A DNA stretch of 64,000 nt from Lama glama (Eukaryota), in contig CM052817.1 of the NCBI GenBank assembly GCA_028534125.1, positions 83,144,001 to 83,208,000 on the forward strand, written 5' to 3'. A program made the translations under genes and the position numbers. The notes beneath the pieces were generated by a model, which was not told the DNA's origin, searched no databases, and worked only from the letters and a program-made list of their open reading frames with translations. This document shows positions 1-12,829 of the stretch, piece by piece. The number at the start of each line of letters is the position of its first letter. The first letter of the stretch is position 1.

Positions 1-398
1 AGCAAATAAAGAGAGAGACAGAAAAGACTGAGTCACAAGAGTTTCTGATGTTTGCTGAAGCATCTGGAGAGGAGAACAGGGACACAGTGATTCACATAGG
101 CAAATATTATCTGATTAACATAAAAGAGGAGTTTTCCCCAAAATATTATCAAGATGCCTTTTGTACTCAATGCGTCCATAAGAAAATACGACATTTCCTT
201 AGTGGCCTGCAGATTAAGTCATACTCTCCTTGGTCACAGGAAAGTAGGACCAACTAGGTGCTGTTCCCTGCCTTTCTGTGTAACCCCCTTTATACCTAGA
301 GCAGCACTCCAACCACTCCTCCCGTATCCAGTTTTATCTCTCTCCAAACTTTTCTTCACATTGCAACCAGAGTGCTCTTTCAAAAATGCAAACCTAAT

Positions 399-1646
399 AA
401 ACACTAAAAACATAATCATGAAAGAAAAAATTGATAAGATGGACTTAATTAAAATTTAAAACTTCTGTTCTGCAAAAGACACTGCCAAAAAAAAAAAGAA
501 AAAGAAAAGAAAACAAGACACAGACTGGGAGAAAATATTTTGCAAAAGACACATCTTATAAAAGACTCTTATCCCAAATAACTCATAAAAATTCAAAAGG
601 AACTCTTAAAATTCAACAATAATGAAACAAAGAACCTGACTTAAATATGGGCCAAAAACCTGAACAGACACCTCACCAAAGAAGATATACAGATGGCAGA
701 TAAGCATATAAAAAGGTGCTCCGCATCACCTGTCATCAGGGAAACGCAAATTAAAAGAACAATGAGATACCACCACACAACTAAGAGAACGATCAAAATC
801 CAAAACACTAACACCAAATGCTGGAGAAGACAGGAGGCAACAGGAACTCTCACTCACTGCTGGTGGGAATGAGAAACAGTACAGATACTTTGGAAATTAG
901 TTTGGCAGCGTCTTACGAAACTAAACACACTGTAACTACACAATCCAGCTCCCTGGTATTTATCCAAAGTAGCTGAAAATATATTCACACAAAAACCTAC
1001 ACATGGATGTTCGTAGCAGCTTTATTCATAACTGTCAAAATTTGGAGGCAGTCAAGATGTCCTTCAGTAGGTGAATGGATAAATAAACTGTGGTACATCC
1101 AGACGAGGGAATATTATTCAGCGTTAAAAAGAAATAAGCTATCAAGCCATGAAAAAACACAGAGATACTTTAAATGTACACTACTGAGTGGAAGAGGCCA
1201 ATCTGAAAAGGCTGCATATTGTATGATTACAACTATATGACATTCTGGAAAAGGCAAAACTACAGAGACAGTAAAAAATATCAGTGGTCGTCAGGGGGTG
1301 GGGATGGGGGGAAAAGAACACAAAGAACATAGAGAATTTTAGGGTAGTGGAAATACTCTGTATGATACTATAATGATGGATACATATCATTATACATTTG
1401 CCCAAACCCATAGAGCATACAACATCAAGAGTGAATCTTAATGTAAACTACGGACTTAGGGTGATTATAATGTGTCAATGTAGGTTCACCAATTATAACA
1501 AATGTACTACTCTGGTAGGGGATGTTGAGAGTAGGGGAGGCTATGCACGTGTGGGTCAGTGCATACATGGGAAATCCCTGTATCTTCTGCTGAATTTTGC
1601 TAAAACTTCTCTAAAAGAATAACGCTTTAACAACAACCACAGCAAC
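399..1646 (+). mobile_element. 5'-truncated LINE-1 (ORF2 C-terminal region plus 3' UTR), L1MC1-like, inserted in an L2 remnant
   Basis: ORF 1007-1240 (MFVAALFITVKIWRQSRCPSVGEWINKLWYIQTREYYSA) is the L1 ORF2 C-terminus. The 3' UTR 'cccaaacccatagagcatacaacatcaagagtgaatcttaatgtaaactacggact' is L1MC-type. Degenerate TSD: AAAATGCAAACCTAAT (383-398) vs AAAATGAAAGCCTAAT (1647-1662). Confidence 0.9.
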
Positions 1647-2056
1647 AAAATGAAAGCCTAATCAGAAACCCACTGCTAACTTAAGAAAATGCCCTTTCCA
1701 TGGCTCTTAGTATGAAATCCATTATACAAAACATGATTCATGCCTAAGCCTTACCTCCTCAGCCTCACACTGCCCTTTTCTGCCCATTGTGACTCAAACT
1801 CACCTTTTTGTCCCTTAGATTTCATCATAAATACGTACTTGTCCAAGAATGTATTATTTTAAAATATGTGTTTATCACTAGTCTTGATATCCATGACAAT
1901 AAAGATTTCATATTCCTATATATTAAGCTACTTGGAAGCAGAACAAAAATTTGATCCTAGGCTTCTTGCCTTCAACACCATTGTACTTTTTTTAATTGAG
2001 TTACAGTCAGTTTACAACTTTGTGTTAATTTTCTGGTGTGCAGCACAATAATTCAT

Positions 2057-2077
2057 TGTGTGTGTGTGTGTGTGTGT
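2057..2077. repeat. (TG)n microsatellite
   Basis: Direct reading of the tgtgtg run inside the L1 3' UTR. Confidence 0.95.
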
Positions 2078-2674
2078 ATCATATAAGTCTATTTTTAGTT
2101 TTTTAAGGAATCTCCATACTGTTTTCCATATTAGCTGCATCAATTTACATTCCTACCAACAGTGCAGGAGGGTTCTCTTTTCTTTACACCCTCTCTAGCA
2201 TTTATTGTTTGTGGACTTTTTAATGATGGCTGTTCTGACTGGTGTGAGGTGATACTTCACTGTAGTTTTGATTTTCACTTCTTGGATAATTAACGATATT
2301 GAGCATTTTTTCATGTGCCTATTGGCCATTTGTATGTCATCATTGGAGAAATACCTGCTTAGGTCTTCTGCCCATTTTTGGATTGGGTTGTTTGTTTATT
2401 TGTTATTAAGTTGTACGAGCTGTTTTATGTTCTGGAAATTAAGCCGTTGTCATTCTCATCATTTGCAAATATTTTCTCCCATTCTGTAGGTTGTCTTTCA
2501 TTTTGTTTATAGTTTCTTTTGTTGTGCAAAAGCTTATCAGTTTAATTAGCTCCCATTTGTTTATTTTTGCTTTTATTTTATTGCTTTGATAGACTGCCCC
2601 AGGAGAACATTGCTAAGACTTACATCAGAGAATGTTTTGCCTATGTTTTCTTCTAGGAGGTTTATAGTGTCTTG

Positions 2675-2822
2675 CCTTTTTTTTTAATTTTGTTTTTTAT
2701 TGAAGTGCAGTTGATTTACAATGTTAGTTTCAAGTGTACAGCAAAGTGATTCAGTTATACATACACATACATATACACTTTTTCAGCTTCTTTTCCATTA
2801 TATGTTATTACAAGAAATTAAA
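2675..2822 (-). mobile_element. Short L1 3'-end insertion nested in the older L1
   Basis: T-tract plus 'ttattgaagtgcagttgatttacaatgttagtttcaagtgtacagcaaagtgattcagtt'. TSD TATAGTGTCTTG (2663-2674) / TATAGTGCCTTG (2823-2834). Confidence 0.85.
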
Positions 2823-4109
2823 TATAGTGCCTTGTTTTATATTTAAGTCTTTAAGCCATTTTGAGCTTATTTTTGTGTATGGTCAACATTACTGCACTTT
2901 TCACTCCACCCCATCTCCTCAAGGTCCTCTATTTCAATTCTGAAACCTTACGTGACTCTCAAGACATCCTATCCAGATGAATTTCCTAGGTTCCCAGCCA
3001 TCTGTTATAGTTACCCTGGTCTGCTCACTTTTTCACAAAGCGGGCTCTTCCTCACCTCCCTATCAGTGCCCAGGATCTTCCCATATCTTAGAACATTATG
3101 GATTATTCAAGGTTACCTGGACACCTCATTTCGCTTCCAAGCCTTCACTGTACTCTTCTCTGAATTTTTATAGCATATTTGCTTAATTTGACACAGAATT
3201 TCACCATAGTTTGCATAAATACTTATTATTTTAACATCTCATCTCTATTGGAAGCTATTTAGAGACAGAGTCCAAGAAGTCTCGTGCTTCTGTACACCCC
3301 ACAGCTCCCAACACAGAGCTGAGTAGTACATGACTGGCTGATTTCATAAGAAATCTTTCCAAAGGTGACCCAGCTCTTATCCCGTCACAGCCTAAGGAGC
3401 AAAGCTTCCTAAATCTCAGGCAAATCTTCCTTCCCCCAAAATAGATTTGTCTTTCCATACTACACTGTCCATGTGACTCCCCCCTGAGTTCAAAAGCTAA
3501 GACACAACTCAGCATGCTGGGCTTTCAGGGATTTCCTTTGAGCAAAAACATTCAGGATTTTGAGCTCCATGGTATATCTTGCCTAGAGCTCAAATATTAG
3601 AAAAAAAGAGAAGAAACAACATTGTTAAGGAATCTGACAAAATTTTACATATGCCAGCTGTGAAAACAGTACATGCCACCTTCTAAAGGACATATATCTG
3701 CGTACATTACTTGGAATGATGCTGGATCATTTGATAATATAATTTCACAATTGGTTCAAATATATCTGAAGTATGTGTTCTACAGATTTCTAAAAATATA
3801 AATTCAAGTTCCCCTAGTTCTCATCAACAATGATAATGTAGTTTCCAAATGATTATCTCCATGAGAATTATTCTTATTGAGAAGTATTTTACATTTTTCC
3901 CAATAATAAATGGATTGACAGTTCAAAACTTCAGGTGTCTGGCTGCCATTATTTGGGCTTTGAGGATCATTATACTAAAGAAGATTCATGTTACTGTCAT
4001 CTATTTGAGTGGCATATATATACATATAAAATAACCAAGTATTAATCCGCAAAGGATTGATTATCCAAGAAATTTCCTGGATAAGAACAATACCATCATG
4101 AAAAGCAAC

Positions 4110-4290
4110 AACAGCAGCATTCATCATTTATTGAGCATCTCAATGTTCTGATGTTTTAAGTAATGTCTTTTTAATCCTCACAGATATGCAAAAACATATA
4201 GATATTATTCTTCCCATTTTGTTGTTATGAAAATAGATTTAAAGAGTTCAAACAGGGGAAAAAGCTGTCAGAACTTGAATACTCAAAAAC
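4110..4290. mobile_element. MIR SINE remnant
   Basis: 'catttattgagcatct...tttaatcctcaca...tattattcttcccatttt' resembles the MIR core. Confidence 0.55.
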
Positions 4291-4616
4291 TGGTATTCAT
4301 TCTACGACAGAAAGCATGCAATTGATAGCTCTTGAAAGTTCAGAGAGCTTTTAAAGGCCAAACGATATACTGAGCGTTTTACTTTCAATTATCAAACTTC
4401 AACATGATGCAGAACATGGCACAATATATGCTGCAACTACACGAAGGCTCCTGAAAGTTGAAGTTGCTTTACTGTAAGAAGTCTTTTTATCATTTAATCA
4501 CAATAATAATTGACATATTTTTATACCAACTGAAATAATCTACGCAGAGGTGACTTAGAATATATTTAGCATAGCAATCTGCTTTTTTCTTTTTTAACTT
4601 TTACTTGTTATTAATC

Positions 4617-4965
4617 TGTTATAGCTGGTCTTCCTGGTGGGAAGACTATACATGTCCACCCTATTGAGAGTAGCCATGTCACTTCCTACAGCAATGAAAT
4701 GAAGAGACTTGTAACTGGTCACTTTTGGCTGGAAAGCTTGAGAATCAACATATGCTTTGGCATTCTTATTTTCCCCCTTAGCCATTGAAACCACCAATGT
4801 TCTAGACTGAAGCTCCTCCATCAGCCTGGGTCTTGGATTAGAGCCATGGCCAACCTTCAATGGACATGCAGCATGAGTAACATATAAATCTTTGTAGTGG
4901 TAAGTCACTGAGCTATTGTGACTGTTTGTTGTCAGAGTATAACCTAGCCCATTTTAACAGATACA
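4617..4965 (+). mobile_element. MaLR MLT1-family LTR (MLT1I/J-like)
   Basis: 'tagccatgtcacttcctacagcaatgaaatgaagag...gctcctccatcagcctgggtc...taagtcactgagcta...aacctagcccattttaacagataca' matches MLT1 LTR body and 3' terminus. Confidence 0.8.
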
Positions 4966-5000
4966 TTTGTTAATTACTCTTTCTACCAATTCCGATTCTA

Positions 5001-6130
5001 TGTGATCTCTGTTACAATAAGGTTGCATAGTAATCATCCCCACAACCCAGTGCCTTATAACAAGCTCTCATTTCTCACTCATGTGTCTGAAGGTTGGCTG
5101 TAGCTCTCTGTTCTTAGCTGGGATATTCTCGACCCACAATATTGTGGGTTGGGTTCCAAGATCATTCTTACATGTCTCATTCTTAGATCAGTACCTACCT
5201 GAGACACTTTCTTCTCATAGCAAATGGTAGAAATATAAGAAGCTATCAAAACAATACAAGTAAATTTAAATCCTCTGCTTGTACTACACTACTAAAAAGC
5301 ATATTCTGTGGCTAAGCCCAAAGTCAATGACTTCTTCACAGGGAGGTACTGCAAGGTAGCATAGTACAGAGAAAAAGTGAAAATTGAGAACAATTATCCA
5401 ATATACTGCAGCCATCCACTTGGTCAAAAATATTCACTCTCTCATACGGGAAAAACTCACCCCTCCAAGACATCCCAAAAAGGATTGGTAACAATATTAG
5501 GCATGAAATCCCAGACCTTGTGATCCATATTGGATCCACACATAAGTTGCTCTTGATCTAAAGAACTATAACACTATAAACATAAGTTATCTGCCCCACC
5601 TTTCATGCACCCAACGTAAATGATGGGATAGAGATAGGATAACTGTAGTAAGCACCACCGTTTCAAAAGGGGAAGAACAGAAGGCAAATAGCAGTTATTG
5701 GTCTATTGCTATTCTAACCACTCTGGACTGGTCACCCTATCCTGGGATAGAAAATGTCTCTTGACCAAGCCCAAGTCTTGTTTCTTAGGAGAAACTTCCC
5801 AGTCCACTGTTTTCCATGGCTACTGGCTCCATTCCCTAGATGTCCTTCCTCTTCCTTGGCCATATCTAAAGAGGGCACTGGAGAATATGCCACCTATGGC
5901 TGATAAGTCTCTTTTCTCTGCTTTCTTCCTGGATGTATAAAGCTAGAGGATCCAAAAGTCTTTTAAGTCTTGAACTGTCCCCTCTCTCTTCTAATATATG
6001 TTGGTGATACTTGGTAGCTCTCTTAAAAACTGTTTTGGTCTCTCGATCTTTACCTATCAGAATGCACTTAACTCCATCTGGCAAAAGCCACACTACAATT
6101 CTTTTTGAGATATGACTCTTTCTCTAGACT
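5001..6130 (-). mobile_element. MaLR MLT1 LTR (~5001-5410) with adjoining MLT1 internal sequence (~5411-6130)
   Basis: Antisense MLT1 motifs ('gttgcatagtaatcatccccacaacccagtgccttataacaag', 'ggctaagcccaaagtcaatg', 'aattgagaacaattatccaatatactgca'), then internal-like 'aagttatctgcccc...aatgatgggatagagataggataac'. Confidence 0.7.
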
Positions 6131-6289
6131 TCACAAAGACAGTGGTTATGATTTCGCTTGAGGAGAGTGGTGTAATGAGAGGGAAGGAAACAGCTGAAGG
6201 ACTTGAAGGAAGCATACAAGGTTTAAGTCAGATGAATCAAATAACATGATCTCTCTTTTTTTAAATGTAATCTGAATACTCACCTTTTA

Positions 6290-7510
6290 GTGGGAGAATG
6301 TAATCTTTTAATGTGATTATAACTATAATGTGATTATGACTATATATTTTAATATATTTGGTCTTGTTCCTTCTATCTTATCTTTCTTTTTTTTAAAGTA
6401 AACCATGCCTCTGGTTGCCTTTAATGTATCTTTCTTGCTGTTGTTGGGTTGATTAAATTTTCTCATTTCATTCTTTTCCTTTGGTGATTTGAGTGATATG
6501 CATATTCTGCTCAGTCTTCCAATATTTCTCCTCACGTTTGTAACATGAATGTTCAAACATTCTAGCAATGTATAGCTCCAAAAACAGTACCTGAAAAATA
6601 GTATGTGCCAAATAAATCCTTTTTTAAGTAAGTATGACTATAGTTTTAACATTATATAAGAAACTTACTATCATTTACTATCATTATTTCTGGTACTCCA
6701 CATCTTTCCCTTTTTTTTTTCTTTCACTTTGCTTTAATAACTTTTTAGTACTTCTTTTAGAATGTTCTTGCAGTTAGTAAACATTACGGCCTTTCCAAAT
6801 CTTAAAAATGTATAAATTTCAAATTCCTATCCCTGTAAATTGTGAATTAGCTTAGGAATATATAGAATTGTGGATCTAAAGTTATTTCCCCTGTAAAGTC
6901 TGAAAGTATTTCTTCATGTCCTTGTAGTCCCCAATGTTGCCAATGAAGTAGTCTAATGTTAATCTAGTTTCCATTCCTCATAAGAAATATATTTTTTTAC
7001 TTTCTGAGTCTTTAGAGTTGTATCTTTTTCCTTAGTTTTGAAATTTCACTACAATATATTTATTTGTATATGGGTATTTTATCATTCACCTAGCTCAGCA
7101 CTCACAGGCCATCTGAAGGCTCATTGTCTATCTTCATCCCTGGAAATTTTTTTTCTATCATTTCTTTAATTATTTCTAATTCTCAGAAATTTCCATAACA
7201 TAGATTTTTAAACTGCTTATCTCTTTTCTTTCATATATTCCATTTATTTGCCCATTTATGCTATATTCTAGAATTATTTTGCTTAAACTTGCAGCTCATT
7301 AATTCATGCTTGAGTTATACAAACCTACTATTAAATTTTTTCAATTACTTATCAATTATATTATTTTTTATCTCCAAGAAGTCTTGTTTCACAGGTAAGA
7401 TACAGTCTCTCATCCCACTGGGAATATTATTTATACTTATCTCAAAGCCTTTTCTTGCATGTTTCATTGGCTCTATTTTATCAGGCATTATGTTTATTTA
7501 ATTCATTGCC
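6290..7510 (-). mobile_element. Old, fragmented LINE-1 (L1M/L1ME-type)
   Basis: T-rich antisense L1 motifs such as 'tatagaattgtggatctaaagttatttcc' and 'aatgttgccaatgaagtagtctaatgttaatct'. Highly diverged. Confidence 0.6.
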
Positions 7511-10500
7511 TTTAATTCATGGTGATTCTCAGTTTTATGCTTATGATTACATATTTACCACAGTTCTTCCAACATGGGAAAGTATAGGACAAACTACCCA
7601 ACCAGGAAGTACCAGCAAGTCATTTTACAGGAATAGAGGCTTTATACGCTACCTGGGTATCATAAGTTACCAAGGTCCAGCCCTCCTCTCTGATTCAAAT
7701 CCTCACACTCACTATTCTGGAAAAAAGTATCAGTGGCTTAGAACTCTGGAATCAATTGTGGAGCAATTCACCTGATTATGTCAGTTTGACACTCCAATTA
7801 ACTGCTGTGACTTTTCTCAGGGACCCCTGTGTCCCTTGAATAGAAAGTCCTTAAGTGTATAGGTCCCTTAGAGATTTCCCCATATATTTTGCACCATCCT
7901 ATTGTGCACTTTGAGGGCTATGGTTTCCTCAGTCAACTGATTTCATATGTTAAACTATAGTCATTCTCTTTACTTTATAAAGTTATTATGGATTTATTAT
8001 TTTTAAATACTAAAATATTCTCTTTAACTTAAGGCTTTGAGGTGGAGGAGAAAACAGGAGCATGTGCTCATTTTTCCATCTTGATTCAGTCTCCTCTACA
8101 GTCTCACTTAGTTTATATTATCAGCATACTAATTTTATTAATTGTCTTTAACAGATTGTACTAAGATAAACTTTAGATCCACCCTGGTCAAAATAACACA
8201 AACTATGAATCAGTAGAGTTTAAGTGGATGAGGTTCTACTGCTAATTATTGAGGCTTTGTCTATACAACACCCAAACAAAACTGTCAACTCAAGGGAAAA
8301 ACAAAATCAGTTGAGCTGATTTTGAGACACTGCTTTTATTTTAAATAGTTGCAATAGTGCCATGTAGACACAGACTGAGTTGTACTTGACCTATGACGTA
8401 ACTGAAGCAATTAGAGATTATGTGATGTTGTTCAGATAACACAGCCAAGTAGCCATGTGGTCAAGAATAGCCCCCAATGAGTACTTGCCCTCTGAAAATT
8501 CTTCTGGGTTTCTTTTTCAGCTCTTTCAATCAATTTATGACTTTGTGGGGAGAGCCAAGAATATGCATCATACACCACCCTGTGAACTAAGGAACATTTA
8601 GTTCACGTACCCTCTAGCTCTTGCACTAACAAGCAGCAGTAACACCATAGCAGAAATTATCTCCAATCACATTAATTCTCCTTAATATGTAACATGTGGC
8701 CAGGCAATGTGACCCTTCCAAAGCTGTGTTTTCTAGAACACTGTGCTTATTAAACTCTTCTCTAAGAACATGTTATGAATAATCAATGACAATCTGCTTC
8801 TCATCCCCCTTGAAAAATGCTCAAACTGTAGAATACCATCTTAGCCAGAAATGTTTCTCCACTTTAAAACTATTACACAAAGATGAGTTTTCATTATTTG
8901 TGATCATGTCTTCAGTTTTGAAAGCTAAAAAGTAAAAATGTATTTGAAAAATAATGCTTCTGGTCTGGTGTAGTGGACATCTGCAGTTTCAACATCTGAT
9001 CTAGAGGCAGAATCTCAGCATGGACAGAAAGGGAATATTCTCAGAGTAAATTAGATACATCAGAATTTCTCATGAAAAGAAGCAATTCCTTCAATAACAA
9101 AGGCTATTATTCTTCTTTCAAATTTAACAGCATGAAAGCAATTATTTTCACAGAGAATCTGGCCATATTGCTGTCATACCCACAAAATCTATTATTATCC
9201 AGCATCCAAAGAAGAGAGCTCTTTCCCCACCAAATAATAGAACAATATATGGATTCCATCCACAAAGTTTTTCAAATTAGAAATGATTTCTTCAGAGGAA
9301 CTATAGGAAGGATTTTGGAATGCAAGAGAACACATTTCAGAGAAATGAGACAGATCTGTTCCACATGGGAAGAGCCTTGTGGCACTAACAGCATCAAGCT
9401 TGTTTGCTATAGAGAGAGCATGTTGCTACCCAACAGGATAGTAAAGCCAGGGAAAATGTAAGAATGCTGTTTCATGGACACTTTTTAAAAAATGCTCATA
9501 CACTGTAACTTTAATCAAGTCTTATAGCCTTATTTTCTCATTTGGATCCCTGTGTGAGAATAAAAAACATGTGTGAACTAAACCTCTTTTTTGGTACATA
9601 TCAGCAGTATGAGTTTGCACAGACACATGCTCCCATTTGAAATGATTTTCCTTTTGTGAATGAACACCACCACTCTGATTGGAAACCCACTTATTTTTAG
9701 TGTTAAACCCACTGGGGAGGGACCGTATCTAATTGAGTAGAGAACTACACCCTTTATAATATTGATACACGATACAGGAATAAGAGGAAAATGTGAACCA
9801 GATTCTCCCAGCACCTAAGTTACTCCCTCATATAAGTTAAGCAACCTTGTAAGTTCAGTCTTCCAAGAGATATTTTCCATTCTCTACCAGACATTCTAGA
9901 AAAATGCCAAGCTTTAAAAATATTTATATCTTCTTAAGTGTTAAAGCTTTATCTACAGCTATCAAACTTACTCTTAGACTATGATAGCAACTGAGTAATC
10001 TGTATCAGTAAATTGTATTCAACATTCAGGTGTCCAGAAATTCTAACTTCAAATTTTTTTTTTAACATCTCTTAATGACCCCTCATGGAAGATAAAATGG
10101 TGGTATAATACTGCTCCTTCTTAAAGCCAGCCTTCTTCGGTCCATTACTTCTCTGTTTATTCAAGTTGTTCCTTCACATGAAAGTTTCATTTGAACTTTG
10201 TATTTCTTCCTGCGCACAGACAATTGAAATCTGATACTATGGCATCAGGGTCTACAGGTACTTACAGTTGATAACACTTGTACTTTACAGAGTCTGATAA
10301 TGTTCTCAGCTACAGTCAAATAATCACAACAATCTCTAGGAAACAACATTTTTTGTCAGTCTCCCCTGACAAGTATATACATATGTTAGATTTATATTTT
10401 GATCCAAATTTATGTCAGTTTCCACTCCATTTTCCTCAATGCTTAATCTAGTAAACAAGCTATCTGGGAGAATTAAGTTATTTATTACTAAAGAGTCTCA

Positions 10501-12829
10501 CTACTACAACAATCACTCCTATATGAGAGAAAATCTGGTGCTTAGGAGTTTCAAGAAAAGGCCCCCAAATGGTACCTTAGTGTCCTAACTTTATCCAAAG
10601 TCATAAAAATCAAATTGAAATGAATACCAAAATGGGCAAATAATCATATCAAGTAAATACATATAAATAATACCTATGGATCATTTCTCAAAAGGGTTTT
10701 ATACGATGAGAGGTAAAATCACCACCATTTTACCACTTAGGAAAAAGAGAATGAGATTTAAGAATTGGTCTACATGATAAAACAATGGTCTGCACTGACA
10801 GACTAGAGACCAAGAGGACTAAGAGAAACAGAAGGAGTAGGAAGAGAGAGTTGATGAAAAACCTGGCCTACAGGTGAGTTTTTCTGTAAATTGGATAAGT
10901 CCACTATGGTGTCTGGACACCACGTGGCAGACACAGCAGACAGCTGCAGCTCTCTTCTCAATTTTCAAAACACTAGATTAACAACAGATTTTAACATTCA
11001 GCTGGGGGCACTGTTTTCACTGTGTATTTTTTCATTATTATTATTCACCAAATTCTATGAGAAAATACAAAGGAGAAAGCCTACTTTTGTTTTGATGAGA
11101 ATTGTTCTACTGATTATTTGAAGTTACTGGTTCCTAGAGAGAGTGATTCCAAAGTCATTTGTATACATTATTCAACAGTAAAAAGAAGCAACTAAACTAG
11201 ACTTAGCTCTATGACTGCCTTAGACTCTGGTATATATATTCTTATCTAATAGGTGTATTTAGATTATTGACTAACAACAATTTTTTTTTTACTGCCCATT
11301 ATATTCCGTAAGACTTAACTTTAAAAAGGTAAAACACAGATATGGCTTCCCCAAGCCAAAACTAAGCAGCATATTGGTTGTGGTCAGATCAGACCTCAGG
11401 GCATACAATGCAGACAGAGCTGGCAATTGTAAAGCTTCCAGTGAGGATGCTTTTCTCTGATGTGTGTGCTTTCCAGGCTTGGAAGATGATATGGGTAAAC
11501 TCCTTCAGTGTGCATGAGTGTATCTCAAAACACAAAGACCTAAGTAGCAAAATGGATAAACTTCAGGAAGGCTACGCTCTGCAGCATTACTAGAGCTCTG
11601 TAATTCCAAAATCTAAAGAGAAAATTCCAGGCAGCAGAGAGCAAAACCAATGCTCAGAAAACTGGCAGCAGGTCACAGCCATTCTCACAGGCAGTCCAGT
11701 TTTAAGTTCTACAGAGTCTGGACAGAACAGAGGAGAGAGAAGACACTTAAAATTGTTGAAAATATGTTTGTCTCCCACATGAGAAAGTAAGTTTGGGAAA
11801 GTGCCAAATTTTCATTCTCCAGTGAGAATAAACAGTTATGTCCACACTTTGTCTCATGTGTTTGCAAGCTGATGAAGACACTGAAAAACATACCCTGTAG
11901 CTCAAAGAAGAAAAGTAAGAAGAAAAAAATTCAGTCTCATACGAAGTCCTAGATTCAAAGTTAGAAATATGCCAAGGACAGCCAGTTCACGACTGCTCAG
12001 AGTCCTTCAAGTGTCAGGAGAAAGAGCAGACCACAGAAAACATCGTCACTATTTGTACCTAGCAAATCAGAAGCTATTTCTTCCTAAGTCTTGGAATTTA
12101 AAAGAATATCTCTCTAGCACTCTCCCTCTTTCCCTTCATACCATGACACGGAGAAAGTATAAACCCAACTCATATCTTGGCAAAAATAAAAATACTGACA
12201 AGGTAATTGTCCTGCAGTAGCTCCCTCTGTATAGATACAGAAACATGCATATTTTCCAAATACTGTCCTAAAAAGAAGAGTCACCAAGGATATGACCACA
12301 GAAATTCTTCCCTGAAAGACTGTCCCTCTTTGCTGTTTACTACATTCAATAAGATATCAGTTTGTTTCTTCTCACTACCAGTGTCTCATTTTTCTTTTTT
12401 CCTTTCCATTTGCTGTGTTACAAACACAGATAACCTTCCTCATCAACAGACTAGTGAAACCATCTCCTAAATAGGTATCACTAGTACCTCTTCCCTTTCA
12501 ATCTAATCCTTCATATCTAGATTTGTCCTTGTACACCTCACGTATGGTCAGGCTCCATTCCCTTGCTTACAAAGCTTCAGAAGTTCCCCCATTGCTTTTG
12601 AAATGGCACTGAATGTCTCCATAATCTCAACCACTGCTTTTCTAGGCTTCCTCACATTTCTCATACCCTACATTCCGATCACCCTAATATGCACACATAT
12701 CATAAACATGCATCATTTTTCCTACAATTTTTTCCACTGTGAGGGGAAACAGGAAGGGGTGAACTGCTCACCAGCTTTTAAAGACTTCTGCTTAAAAACG
12801 TTCTATTGGCCAAAGCAAGCCATATCTTC

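Larger units (their letters stand above)
1991..2883 (-). mobile_element. Minus-strand LINE-1 3' fragment with an internal deletion at a (TG)n tract and a nested second L1 3' end
   Basis: T-tract, then 'aattgagttacagtcagtttacaac' (L1 3' end), then antisense ORF2 3' sequence 'ggaatctccatactgttttccat...ttgagcattttttcatgtgcctattggcc'. Degenerate TSD at 1973-1990 and 2884-2901. Confidence 0.88.

Noticed and set aside
6310..6345. Short tandem duplications (17-mer here; others near 14740-14772, 18270-18293, 53134-53157)
   Set aside because: Ordinary replication-slippage products with no spacer structure.
8582..8606. 9-bp hairpin GTGAACTAA/TTAGTTCAC (also a 7-bp one near 43188-43205)
   Set aside because: Stems this short are expected by chance in 64 kb of AT-rich DNA.
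9072..9461. 129-aa plus-strand ORF, and a possible minus-strand exon at ~9180-9300
   Set aside because: No recognisable similarity; the minus-strand candidate has stops in all three frames.
10802..10873. Plus-strand 72-nt segment ending in a strong CAG|GTGAGT donor
   Set aside because: Poor polypyrimidine tract, unrecognised peptide, and opposite to the inferred host strand.
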